Below are positions 49,657 through 62,647 of a stretch of 64,000 nt of DNA, piece after piece. Each line of letters opens with the position of its first letter. The stretch's first letter is position 1. The stretch covers positions 5,270,001 through 5,334,000 of the forward strand of contig CM035351.1 in NCBI GenBank assembly GCA_020137815.1, written 5' to 3'. The notes under the pieces are model-generated. The model worked only from the letters and a program-made list of their open reading frames with translations, was not told the DNA's origin and ran no database searches. Source of the stretch: Hormiphora californensis (Eukaryota > Animalia > Ctenophora). The translations under genes were made by a program, and so were the position numbers.

Positions 49657-52580
49657 ATGTTCGCTCTCTTGTTAATAAAACTGGAGGTGTTATTTCTCAT
49701 CTGGAAGAAGAGGATTGTGATATCTGTCTCGTACAGGAAACCTTTTTGAAGTCTACGGATACTGGGAAACTCCAGGAGATTAGGGATAATGGATGGGATA
49801 TTTTATCATGTCCACGAGGAGACAGAGGAGGTGGAGGAATAGGAATTCTTTTTCGGGACGGTATAGTCCTTCGACAGTGCCCAGTGAAGACAAAGTTTAA
49901 GTCTTTTCAAGTGCAGGAGGTTCTCATCAGTGACAGAGATCAACCAAAGAGACTCTGTAATGTTTATCGTCCACCATACACAACTAAGTCAAGACTCACA
50001 GAGGCTACATTCCTATCTGAGTTCGGAGACTATCTTTCAGAACTTGTTATGAAGCAAGGTACTCCAATTATAGCAGGGGATCTGAACTTTCAGGTGCAGG
50101 ACAAGAACAACTTCTACTCGAGGAAACTATTGGAGCTTCTAGATTCATTTGACCTTCAGCAAAGAGTACCACTATTGCCTACTCACCAACTTGGTGGAAC
50201 CTTAGACCTGGTGATAACTACAAGGGAAACCAATCTAGGAGATTTAACAATTTGTCCTAATGGTACTACTTCGGACCACTTCCTGGTACAGTTTGGGCTT
50301 GAAGTGAGACAGGACCTGTCAAACTCTTGTATGCGGAAATCAATGTTTCGAGAATACATGGACTACAAGTCAATGGACAAGGAAGGATTCAGAGAGGACC
50401 TCCAGAAAGCGGAATTTGAACCAGGCCGGGATCCAGAGGAGAGTATTGTAAACTTCTATCGTTGGTTGGAAAGTGTAGTGGAAAGGCGAGTTCCGAGGAA
50501 ACGGGTGAGGACAGGGAAAAAGTTTAAACCGTGGAGAGATGAGGAACTAAGAGGAATACTACGTAAGAGGAGGAGTGCGGAACGATACTGGAGGAAGCAT
50601 GGAACTGAGGAAGCGAAACGGAGATTCAATGATTTGAAGAAGCTCTATGGAAACATGGACAAGGAAAAGAGAGCAGCTTTTGTTAAAGAGGACTTGGATG
50701 CGGCAAAAGGGGACCCGAAGAAGCTACAAAGAAAGTTACAGAAACTCCTGGGAAAAGCGGAAACTATTCTTCCTGAGACTACCAACAACAAGAACCTGGC
50801 TGATGATTTTTCAAAGTTCTTTAGTTCAAAGGTGACCAAAATTCGGACCCAAGTCAATGAGGAGCAGCAGCAGGCTGGCGATTTTGTGGAATCTGGAAAA
50901 TCCTGTCATACAACATGGAATGAATTCAAAGAGATATCTGAGGAGGAACTTGTTTCATTAGTGAAATCGATGTCCAGCAAGCACTGTGACCTGGACCCGT
51001 TGCCCACTTGGGTGGTAAAGGAGTGTATAAGTGATCTGGCTCCTGCATTAACATCAATAGTCAATCAGTCTCTACATCAGTCTTCGGTCGCAGAATCTCT
51101 CCAGGAGGCACTTGTCTTTCCTACCATCAAGAATATGTATGGAGATCGTGAAGCTCTCAGCAACTATCGTCCTGTTTCGAACATCCCATTTCTGTCTAAG
51201 CTTCTTGAGAAGGTAGTTCTCACGCAACTCAATGACTACCTGGATCGCAACTCTCTTTTGGGCAAACATCAGTCTGGCTATCGTGTTGGTCACAGTTGTG
51301 AAACGCTATTGGCAAGCATGTTCGATGACATTCTAGGGGAAATGGATAAAGGAAACGTAGTAGCTCTTATCTGTCTAGATATGAGTGCTGCTTTTGATAC
51401 GGTTGACCATGGAAAGTTGTTGGAGGTGTTGCAGAAACGGTTTGGAGTGGATGGTGAACCTCTCCGATGGTTTAAAAGCTATTTGAGTTCCAGATCTTTT
51501 AGAGTTTCGGTCGGTGATTGCCTTTCGGAAACCCTTGCTTTACTTTGTGGAGTCCCTCAAGGGTCCCTCCTTGGTCCTATTTTGTTCCTACTCTACATCG
51601 AGGCTGTACAAGATATTGTGGAGCCATATGGACTCCGGATAAAGTTATATGCAGATGATTCCCAGCTCTACGTGAGTCTGGTTCCTACGGATGCTGCTGG
51701 CTGGGTTGAGGCAAAGGTGGATATTGAGGAGTGTCTGGCGAAGGTGAAGAGGTGGATGGTAGGGCAGTGGTTGAAGTGTAATGAGGCCAAAACGGAATTC
51801 ATCCTGCTTGGAAAGCGCAGTTCTCTAAGCAAAGTCTCTTTTGATCCAGTTATTAACTTTGGAGGAACGGAAATCTCCCCCAGTGAATGTAGTGGAACAG
51901 ATGGTAAAACCCTGGGAATTCTCTTGGATCATAACCTTGGCCTTGAACGACAGGTTAACAATGTGAGGAAACAGTGTGGACTGATGTTACGAAACCTTTG
52001 GCAACTGCACAGGTGTTTTGATATCCCAACAAAGATAATGTTGGTCAAACAGTTGATTTTATCGAGGATAGACTACAGTAACATTCTGTATTGTGGACTT
52101 CCTGGTCGAGTTCTCAGTGGGCTCCAGAAGCTTCTCAATGCCTGTGTTCGTTTTGTATTTAACCTCCACGGACACCAGGACAACTACATGGAGTATTTCA
52201 GGCAATGTCATATTTTACCGATCTCCTACAGGTTGGACTTCAAAGCATGTTTGATTGCCTACAAAATAGTCAATGGAACAGCCCCGTGTTATCTCCAGGA
52301 TTTGGTGCCACGTGATGAGACTTGGGGAACCTCTAGGACAACGAGGATGACTAATGTTCCGGATCCCTATAGGTTAAAACATCCAAAGATGACCAGTATC
52401 AATGCCAACTCTAAGTTGAGACGTAGGAGGTTATCAGTATTCCTGCCCTCTGTCTGGAATGAGCTTCCTCTTGAGCTCAGGTCAATCCCCAATGTGGATA
52501 CTTTCAAAACCCGGCTGAAAACACATCTCTTCGTTGGTGCATTTGGAGTGGGTGATGGGGAACCCATGGCTGAGTTGTAA
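49633..52580 (+). CDS. LINE ORF2 (APE endonuclease + RT), no AUG upstream of the APE start
   Basis: WKIGTLNVRSL, LVQETF, AGDLN, LDLVIT, SDHFLV, NYRPVSN, LDMSAAFDTVDH, GVPQGSLLGP, YADD. Confidence 0.93.
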
Positions 52581-53864
52581 TGTTTGTTGTAGTTGTGGGG
52601 CCTGCGGGCAATCAGTGTCATCCTCTCTCTAGCCATGTTATTAATTCATTACCTAGTATCCTTTTTTCGAGCAGGTGTGAGTATAGTGTGTTTTAATTTA
52701 TATCTACAGGATTATGGGACCAGTTATTCCCTCAGTTTTATAAGTCAAGTTTATTTAGTCGTCTATATATTGTTTTTCAACCAGAGCTGTTCGAGTGTGT
52801 CATATAAGTAGTCGAGGATATACCGCTCTGATGATTCGGCGGAACATCGTCAATATTTTGACATGTCTCTGTCGGGTATGGGCGGTATATAAGCGCGGAA
52901 TATTATTATTATATTATTAGTTAAGTAAATGATGGTCCCTAGAGTTGAAATTTATCTTATTTGAAAGATAAAATAATGAACTTTAATCCTATATAATTTT
53001 TTTCATTGTATCTTTTTTAAATGGGAGTGAGAACCGATTAAGTAAAAAGTTAACCATTTTGCCCCGGTTTACCCTATACCATCCAGGAACTTGCCGAGAG
53101 AAACTTTGAGATCCTCTAGTGTTTCGCATCTTCGAACTTCTTTCGGCATCCTGTTGAAGAGCTTGACTGACCTCACTGAGATCCTTCCGGCTTCGGACAA
53201 CACAATCCGTCCCTTGGCACTCAGCAGACAACTATACCCAACCATTCAATCTCGTAATCACATAAAAATGATTGCAGACATACTGTCAAACAGGGGACCA
53301 CTACGATACTGGCAACACACTGGTGCAAACAGAGCTACCTTTCCTTAGTGCCTCAAGTGCGATTTGGGAGAAATTGAGGACAACCGCCACTAACTGACAA
53401 GTACTCTCGATCAGAATTACTGAATTCAGACAATTATATACTCTGTTGTTCCATATCATTCACATATCACTGTAAAATATCTATCACCTCGTTTGACAAC
53501 ATTTTCCGACTCATCAGTCATCACTCACCACCGATCCAATCTAAAAGCTAACAACACCCCATCCCCCTCCAAATACACCAATATTTACACTAAAATCGTT
53601 TCACTCACACCTTCCGCCATCACAGGTATAGCAATGAACCTATCCCAACTCAGTAAGGAAATCTCAACATTAAAGTTCCTGCAAGGCAAAACTGCAACAA
53701 CGCATCAACAAAGGAAGAAGAAGTTGGGGGCAGGGAACTCGGAAACACGGCACTATGGATAAATAAATCCATTTTTTCAACTGTTCACCGCACACGAAAA
53801 GGGGGGGGGGGTGAACAGTTGAAAAAAGGCTCTAGTGCAATTAATATTCCTGTTAATCAATGTA

Positions 53865-54024
53865 CAGTCGGACCCGATTTAACGGCACCCTCGGGGAAAG
53901 GGTTTTGTCCGCTAAATCGGGGTTAAATACTGTTAATTTCCTATATCGGGGGAAGATTATGCTGCCGTTAAATCGGGGTGCCGCTAAATCGGGGGACGGG
54001 GGCCGTTAAATCGGGGTGCGACTG
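53865..54024. mobile_element. Tc1/mariner-type MITE (160 bp)
   Basis: TA|CAGTCGGACCCGATTTAACGGC ... GCCGTTAAATCGGGGTGCGACTG|TA. Confidence 0.85.
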
Positions 54025-55268
54025 TAGTTGCACCGGGGGACCACTGCTCGCTCTCGTACCAAGACAGGTGTATGCTCGGCAAACAGAAGACCCGTGACGT
54101 GGATAGCAGTTCTCCAGTAGTAGATGGATTTTGGCATGGCTAGCATTCACGTCCTGGAAGATTCAGTTGGCTGTACAGTTGATCTTGGAACTAAGATCTT
54201 GTCCAAAAACTTGCGACAAATATATAATAGACTGGCCATTTTGTAAAAGTATAGGTACATTTCTCATGATCTGGCCGCTTTCCCCCGCTCCGAGCGAAGC
54301 ACGCAAGTAAGGGTCACTGGTCAGCACGATGCCTGATAGGTGACAGGGGAGGAGACCACTTGTTCAATATAGTACAGAAGTCTTTTGGGATGCATAATAT
54401 GATGCATAATATCATATTTTTCATATTTCTAACAAGCTTTCCTTATTAGTTTTTCTCTCTCGGCTCATGTGTCACACGCGGCCGAATTACAACCTCTTTA
54501 GTGAGACACGTATTTCTATTGTCTCGTCAGACATTTTCCTCTCAGAAAAAAACAGACAGTTTTGAAAACTAGAGATTCAATGGAGAAAGATTGTTGTAAA
54601 CTTGATTTAGGGAATTGAATTGCAGTTATTGTTGTGTTAATATTTTAATGTTGATTCTTGTTCTCGAAAAAGTTTATCGAGAAACGCACAGTACAGCGGC
54701 TCTTCTTTGCCGTGACTGCGGTCTGGTTCTAGATCCTGATTAACAATATTCATCACCACCTTTTTTACGGCCCTCACTAGATGCCTGCACTGAGTGATCG
54801 GCCCTCATGCAGAGGGTCCCTAGCAATGGTTCTCGTCCATAACAAGTGCTCAATCAAAAGTTTACGAATTTCGGGAGTAAAACCTGTTTTAACCTTTTGC
54901 TGCTATTTTGCTGTGTTCCTAAGAACTGCTTCAAGGGCATTCTTCCCTTTACGCTGCCTGGTGATTTATCATATTTGATATGAAACAGTCCAAAAAACTA
55001 CCTTTTTAAATACTTTCTCTCATATTAGGTGCCATGAAATGAGGCGGCGTTTTTAACATTTTACACAAAACTGATTCCTGAATCACCATAAAATGTAAGT
55101 TATCCACCCTTATCATTTCTGATTTGTGATTTCTGACATGACCCGACATGCGTGTCCCAAATCCCTAACTCGTGTTGTGGTTTGGTGCGCGCGATGTCAC
55201 GGCTGTGTAAAAAGCACACCACTCTTCGCGCGTTACTATGGCATTCAAACTAAAATCGTACATTTCAG

Positions 55269-57516
55269 ATGACAGAGGAACAAGAGGCAACGCCTGCCGT
55301 ACCAGTGGCCGAACCAGTGGCTGAACCAGTGGCTGAACCTGCTGAACCTACTGAACCTGTGGCCGAACCTGAACAACCAGAGGTTCAAACCGAACCAGAA
55401 ACACAGCCAGAACCAGAAACTCAAACTGATGGCGAGGCTGCTCCAGCAACAGAAGAGTCTGCCGCTGCTCCAGCAACAGAAGAGTCTGCCGCTGCTCCAG
55501 CAACAGAAGAGTCTGCCGCTGCTCCAGCAACAGAAGAGCCAGCAGCTGAACAGGAGGGCAAGGAAGAGGCTGAACCAGATGTATCCTCCGGCGAGCAGTT
55601 AGACCCAGATCGTACCAATGTGATCGTGTCTCAGGGACGGGTCTCAACAGGAGCCGATGATGTGAAACTAATAGACTCAGATGCTGTGTTGATTGATAGC
55701 CTCCAGACAAATCTCTCCCAAGAAGCCCTCACCCCACAGCCGTCCATTATTAAAAACCAAGATGGTCAGGATACTCTGACTGTAACAATTAAGAAAGACA
55801 ATGGTACCACCGAGACAGTGACTGTCGTTATAAAGCAAGAAACGGTCAGGAAAGCCTTCCTGGGTGGTTGGAGGCACCGAGAAACTGGAAAAGAGTACCA
55901 CAACTCATCTGTCCAGACCATCCCAAAACGAAACTTCGACAGCAACATGACAAGGAGCTGTAGGGAGACACAAACTGTGACACAGAAAAACGAGAGGTGC
56001 CAGACTACCAGTGACACTTCGACCCAAATGACGAAAACAGGCTGCTGGGTGTCAGACAGGGAGGACAAAATTATAATTCCCGGAAAATACGTTTCTGCAG
56101 ATGACAAGTTTGCCTACATGTTGCGACAGGTGATTATTCTGCAGTCGTATTTCCGCCGCTGGAAGGCCAGGAAGTATGTGGATTCCATTCGACAAGATCA
56201 CATCAGGAGGATTGAGTGGGAGAAGAAGGAGGAAGAAAGGAAGAGGAAGGAGAAGGAAAGGAGGTTGAGGGAGGAATATCAACGGAGAATGCAGCCTCTT
56301 GGAAAGGAGGATTTCGATCTTGTCTACCATGCCCTTGAGCTGTGGAGAAGGGAAGAGGTTGAGAATATCAATGCCACTAAGAGTGGGCCTGAGAGGAAGG
56401 CTGCCCTTGCAGGTCTCATGGATGAGGAAACTCAACTGATTGCATCAATTCAGCGACATAAACTGATAGCCAAGACTGAGACGAACAAGAAGAAAAAGAA
56501 GGGATTCCTTGATCGGTGTGCTGCCCCTAAAGAATGGATAGGATTTGATGGTATGCCGACCAAAATGGACACCCCTTACACCATGCGGGCCTAAAGACCT
56601 GAAGATGACTTACGAGAGTTTGGACAAGCGGTACCTCACCCGAGAGGAAAGGCTGGATATTCTGTTGCAGCTGAAGCTAACAGTCAAGGAGCACGACTGC
56701 AAGCTAACCAAGGATATAGTTGAGCTGATCGACCGGGAAGCTGATCTACTGATGAGAGGTACAAAGGAGAAGAATCTGGAGGGACTCCGACAGAGGATCT
56801 CAACGCTCTTCCTGCAGTACATCAAGACGCCTCTCTTCAACCCCGAGGCAGCTAACCTTCTTAAGGTTCCCGAGGATCCCAGCAGCCTCAGGAAGAATAT
56901 CTACTACTGCCGCGGTTGTGGCAACTATCTACCCTCCACCGATTTCGAACTTACTACCAACGCCCGAACGATTGGTCGGTGTAGGAAGTGCAAGGATCTG
57001 GACGGAGAGGGTAGGCTCAGGGAGGACTTCTCCCGCTACCGATCTCTCCTTCAGTCTATCCGGGAGACAGAGGAGTCATACAGTGACAGCTCTCGTATCA
57101 TCTTCCTGCTTACTGAGGCTGATCTACGGTATCTTGCTGAGAACATCTGGGGAGCTCAGTCTGTTCTTTCTCAATGGGAGGACACCTACGATCTCACTTT
57201 GGTTCGGTGGAACAAGCGAAAGGAATGGTCCCCCTGGAACTGTATTCTCCTCACCAACGAGGAAGCCAGGGCTCACTCAAAACTTGCTAAGCCCGAGGAG
57301 GCCTATGGGACGGTGTTCACCCAGAAGGTCAAATACAGGCACATCTTGGGCAAGCAACACTTTGCGAGCATGCCCAAACTGGCTGACTACATGAACAAGA
57401 ATTTGAAGAATGTCAACATGCCCCTCCCGTCAAATGCTGATAAGGTTATGTTTGGAGGGATGAGGAAGAAGGACGAGGCTCTGAGCTTGCCACCCCTTGC
57501 CGAGGGTGCCATGTAG
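55269..57516 (+). CDS. IQUB: IQUB (radial-spoke IQ and ubiquitin-like domain protein), intronless, split by a +1 frameshift at ~56590
   Basis: KAFLGGWRHRETGKEYHN, IQ motif ILQSYFRRWKAR, LTVKEHDCKLT..IVELIDREADL, KTPLFNPEA, RWNKRKEWSPWNCILLT. Confidence 0.92.
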
Positions 57517-57743
57517 GAACAATTACTAAGGAGTGAGAAATTTTATACCAATGCAGCTGATTAGAGAGTGTGTACAAATGTAAAAAGAGTATGTTTTTGT
57601 TCTAAAACCATTTAACCAGTTCTCATTACATATTTCAGTTAAACCTGCTCAAACATGATATTTTCTCTCTTCAAACTTCTCTCATATATTGGCAGGTTGA
57701 GCAGGTTTAAAATAAAACAGCAAAAAACTTTGCACATATGAAG

Positions 57744-60700
57744 TTACCGCTTCCCGAACACTGAAAATCTCCTAGTTTTCCCTTTGGGTGTTTTCCCTTC
57801 AGGGGTTTTACCACGACCGGAAGACGTCGACCTTCTCCTTGACGGTCCTGGCTGGTCTGCGTGATGATCGCTCTCTGATTCACTGCCCTTGCGAGGACCC
57901 CTATAGGCCCGGGGCATGAAGCTAGGGCTGGCTGGTGGTTCCGCCAGGTGGTCAGTCGGTGGAATTGTGGTTGTATAGCTCATCGTACTGCCCTGGGACG
58001 AAATTCTCTCCCTTGGTGAGGGGTAGTAAATCTGGTAAGATGAGTTCTGTTTTATTGTCTCTACCGACTCCTCCAACTTTCCCATCCGAGCCAATATTTC
58101 ACCCATTTTTTCAGACTGCTCCCTGATTGTTTCTGAGAGGTTGTTTGAGAATGTCCGGTGAAGTGTTTCCCTTTCCTTGAAGTCAACAATGATGGAACTC
58201 AACTTTTTCACCTGCTCATTGATTTTCTTCGTCATGAGAGTAAGTCCGTGAATTTCACCGTCTTCACTATTGGTAGGATCATCATCATAAAACACAATCT
58301 TGGGCGAGAAGTTTTTCCGGATGTATTCCAAGAAGTTCCGTCTCTTTTCCTCCACCAATTTCCATTCTAGGTTGATGACTGCCTGGGCTCGTTCTAGGGC
58401 TGCTACTTCAACTGCATTGTCGTAAACTCTCTAAGGGGGTGTTAGAAAAATATTACTACCAAACCCGTCCTTATTTTGTTACTAATTTATCGCTCTCCTA
58501 GGAGCACAGAAGAAGAAGAAATATAGTACAAACCTGGAAAGTATCGGACATGAGAGCGATAAAGAGGTTAAGGAGGACAATAGAGGAGACCAGGAGCCAA
58601 TATGCCACCAAAACATGAATCCACCACTTACCCAGCTGCTTCTTTTCTCCCCACTAAAAGGTACAGGGTGTTAAATTAGACGACATTAGTTGTGTAATGT
58701 GTATTAGGTCATCATAGAATGGATAGCCATGTCCTGTTTAGTGCTTTGTCATTTGTTGTGAACTAATTGTCTCACTCACTAACCTCGATAAGTTGCTTAT
58801 ACCCGTATTCATCCACCACAATCATCCTGAAGACAGTGAACATGGAGGTAGGTACGTCACTAAACGTTACCACATTGCTCATCCCGTAGAATTGGTGAAA
58901 GACACACACCATTGGAATGTAGAGGACAAAGTAGACAAATGCTATCTTCAGACAATCGCCCAGTGAGTTGGTGATGATCACCACAAAGGGCCCTATCGAC
59001 CCGAAAACCCGGACATATTTGAACAGTTTGAACCAGGAGAGCGTGAGGGAGAGAGATAGGAGCCGGGATTTGTTGAGGTCAACATAATCATTGTATGCAG
59101 TGTACCCGAACACCTCGGTCAGCCTACAGGAAAAGTAGACCAGTAAAGTGAGCCCCATGAGAGTCAGAGAGCAACAATCGTAAATGTTCCAATAGTCCGC
59201 AAAATAGAGAGATGTAGTGCCCTCAATATCATCAATCATGCTCTCCAAAAAGGATCTCTCGTTTTGATTCCGAGCAGTCACATACTGCAAATCGGCCATT
59301 GCATTCCTTTTCTTCCACTCCTGCCAGCGCCGGTGTTTCTTCAGCCCAATCCTCGCCTCAATTAACTCATCATATACCTGTATACCATAAAAAGAGAGCG
59401 ATGCCATCTCGATGAACAGGTGGAAGGGTGAGCTGCTGTCAATTGTTGAGCCAAGCGGCCGGATCAGGACCATGATACTCCAGGCAATCAGTGTCAACAC
59501 ATAAATTGAGATATCATAAATAACCCCAAAGAGTCCAAACTGATTCCATTTTGTAAGTATCATCTCCTTGATCATGGGGTGTTTCACTAGGTCCTGATTT
59601 TTAGTTTTCACCACTTCTTCCAACACGGTAAAACCGGCACCTGTTTCACCTGAGATCAGGCTCGGTTCAAGGTAGTTCAACCAGAAGAATTCTTGTCTGC
59701 TTGTCCGGTTAATCTTGTGGAACTGGTCCAGGGCTTTGTCTGCCACTCCTGGCATCTTGCTGATCATGGCACAAGTGGCGTGATGCCCTGTGAAGTCCAT
59801 TGCTCTCCCGGACGCCCCACAATCGAGCAGAGAGTTTGCTGAGACCGACCTGAAATGAATTTTATCATGATTATATGGAGACGTCTTATTGGTATATCAA
59901 AGCAATTCTTCCCCAAAAGAGATACCTGTCAAGATCGGCTGCTAGAAGTAGTGGGGTCCGTCCTCTGTAGTCTCTGTACTCAATGTTTGCCCCACATTCA
60001 CACAAGGTGACACATGCGTTACCTGAACAATCAACAATCATAGCATACAATGGGGAAATTGAGATTTAGATAATGTGGTAGTTGGGTGGGTAAACCAAAA
60101 GACAGACATTGACCTACCAGAATCATTTCTAGCCGCATGATGAAGTGGTGTCTGGCACTCCCCGTGTGATGTTGCATCTATCGCCGCCCCACGGTCCACC
60201 AACATTGGGATAATCTCATGATTATCGAACGCAGCTGCAATGTGAAGGGGAGTTCTTCCATATCGGTCTCTAGCATTCAAATCTGCACCGAGATCTATAA
60301 GAAACTCGCACGTCGCCACATCCATTTCCCGGCACGCATCGTGCAGAACAGTCTGTCCCAGATTATCCTTGGCACTTATGTCTCCACCCTTCTCAGCTAG
60401 ACCTCGGACCTCTTCAAAGTCAACCTGGAGACCCAGGGACTTCTGGAAGGATAGAGAGATGAAGTAGTAGAGAATGAGCTGAGATGCTGGCGGGTCAAAC
60501 ATGACATCCAGTTCAAGATATGGGTCGTCGGAGTGAGAACCAGAGACGATGCCTTCTTTTGGAACTGCCTGGTTTAGAAAGCGTTCCAAACGCCCATATT
60601 TGGACTGAAAGAAGTTCCTTATTCGGGACAGGGGGCTAACTCTGTTACTCGACCCACCCGCCTCCTGAGAAAAAGGTTTGAGTTTAGAATATCTATCAGA

Positions 60701-60833
60701 TTTATGTCGGACTTAGGAAATTCAGTAGCCTAGGTATTTTGATCCCTTTTCTGATTTTCTGTGAAAGTATGGCGAGAGTTCTCAAATTTAAACCTACAAT
60801 GTCAATATGTGCTGCGGATCTCCGGGGTACCAT
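57744..60833 (-). CDS. Ankyrin-repeat TRP-family cation channel (TRPA/TRPV-related)
   Basis: Ankyrins (GQTVLH, GRTPLH, QTPLH, GRTPLL); KHP...KWNQFG; D.WNIYD; WFKLFKYVRVFGSIGPFV; pore FSDVPTSMFTVFRMIV; S6 LLNLFIALMSDTF; C-terminal coiled coil. Start exon 60833-60798 inferred from phase. Confidence 0.82.
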
Positions 60834-61140
60834 TTTATCAGAAATAATGATTTTACATGGTCCTGAATAAGTAGCACTAGAATCTTGTTAAGTAAGGGGT
60901 TATTCAACAACTAGAATTAGGATCAATATCATGAGGTGACAGGGCAATATATTGCGGAACAAATGTAAGGTATGGTGATATAATAGGGCAATATATTGTG
61001 GAAACAAACAAATGTAAGGTCTGGCAATGGCCAGGAAGTTGGCCTATCGAATTCGAAATACAAAGGATCTACCAAAATAGGATAGTCATATCGGAGAAAG
61101 AGGAGAGAGAAATTGTGTGAGAGAGAGAGGTCGTACGTGT

Positions 61141-61182
<42 letters not shown>

Positions 61183-61514
61183 TAGAGAGAGACAAGCTTG
61201 TAGGAAAGAATTGGGAAGGAGATGCTCACGATCTCTCACAGCACATTTTAGCTCTTTGCAATCATCATACAATGCAGAGAATTAGAGAAGCAGGAAACAC
61301 CACACTCATGTATGCACTATGTGCTATATTAGACAGTGCAAAAGTGCACAATTACATCGTAATTTTAGGGTAATGGATATCTATCATTTTTCGGTTTTCA
61401 GTAGATCACGAATGAGATACTGGCTAAATAATTGGTAGTTCATTTTGCTTTGTCACCGAATGGACAAAGACTGTTAGAAATATGAACCACGTATTTGATC
61501 AATGATGTAGCAGT

Positions 61515-62295
<781 letters not shown>

Positions 62296-62647
62296 GAAAC
62301 GCAGACAAATTTCCTCCAATCTCCCTGCCGTTAGCCACACCCGGGGGATCACAGAAAAACAATTATATAACTGAAACAAAACGTAATAAAAGGAATATAT
62401 AGGAACTTCTGGTAACAAAATAACACAACATAACAAACTTCTCTCCAATATAAAACCACGCAAATAGCATGTCTTGATCAACGTGTTGATTGATCCACAG
62501 GTACTGTCGTTAAATTATACGATTAAATGCTAATCAATGATATCGCTTGTGGTGGGTGTGTCTTTTAATACTCACTCACAGGCTAGAAATAAAAGATAAT
62601 TGTCCAAAATCACATACACTGTTGCTCAAAACTGCACAAACATTGAG

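Larger units (their letters stand above)
48229..52915 (+). mobile_element. Full-length intact L2/CR1-group LINE
   Basis: ORF1 + ORF2, 3' UTR, (TAT)n tail, probable TSD ATTAGTTA (48221-48228 / 52916-52923). Confidence 0.92.
47632..53074. mobile_element. ~750-bp non-autonomous DNA transposon (TA-flanked) split by a LINE insertion
   Basis: TIR GGGTAAACCGGGGCAA / TTGCCCCGGTTTACCC; internal CCGGGGCAATTCGAAC repeats in both orientations. Confidence 0.82.
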
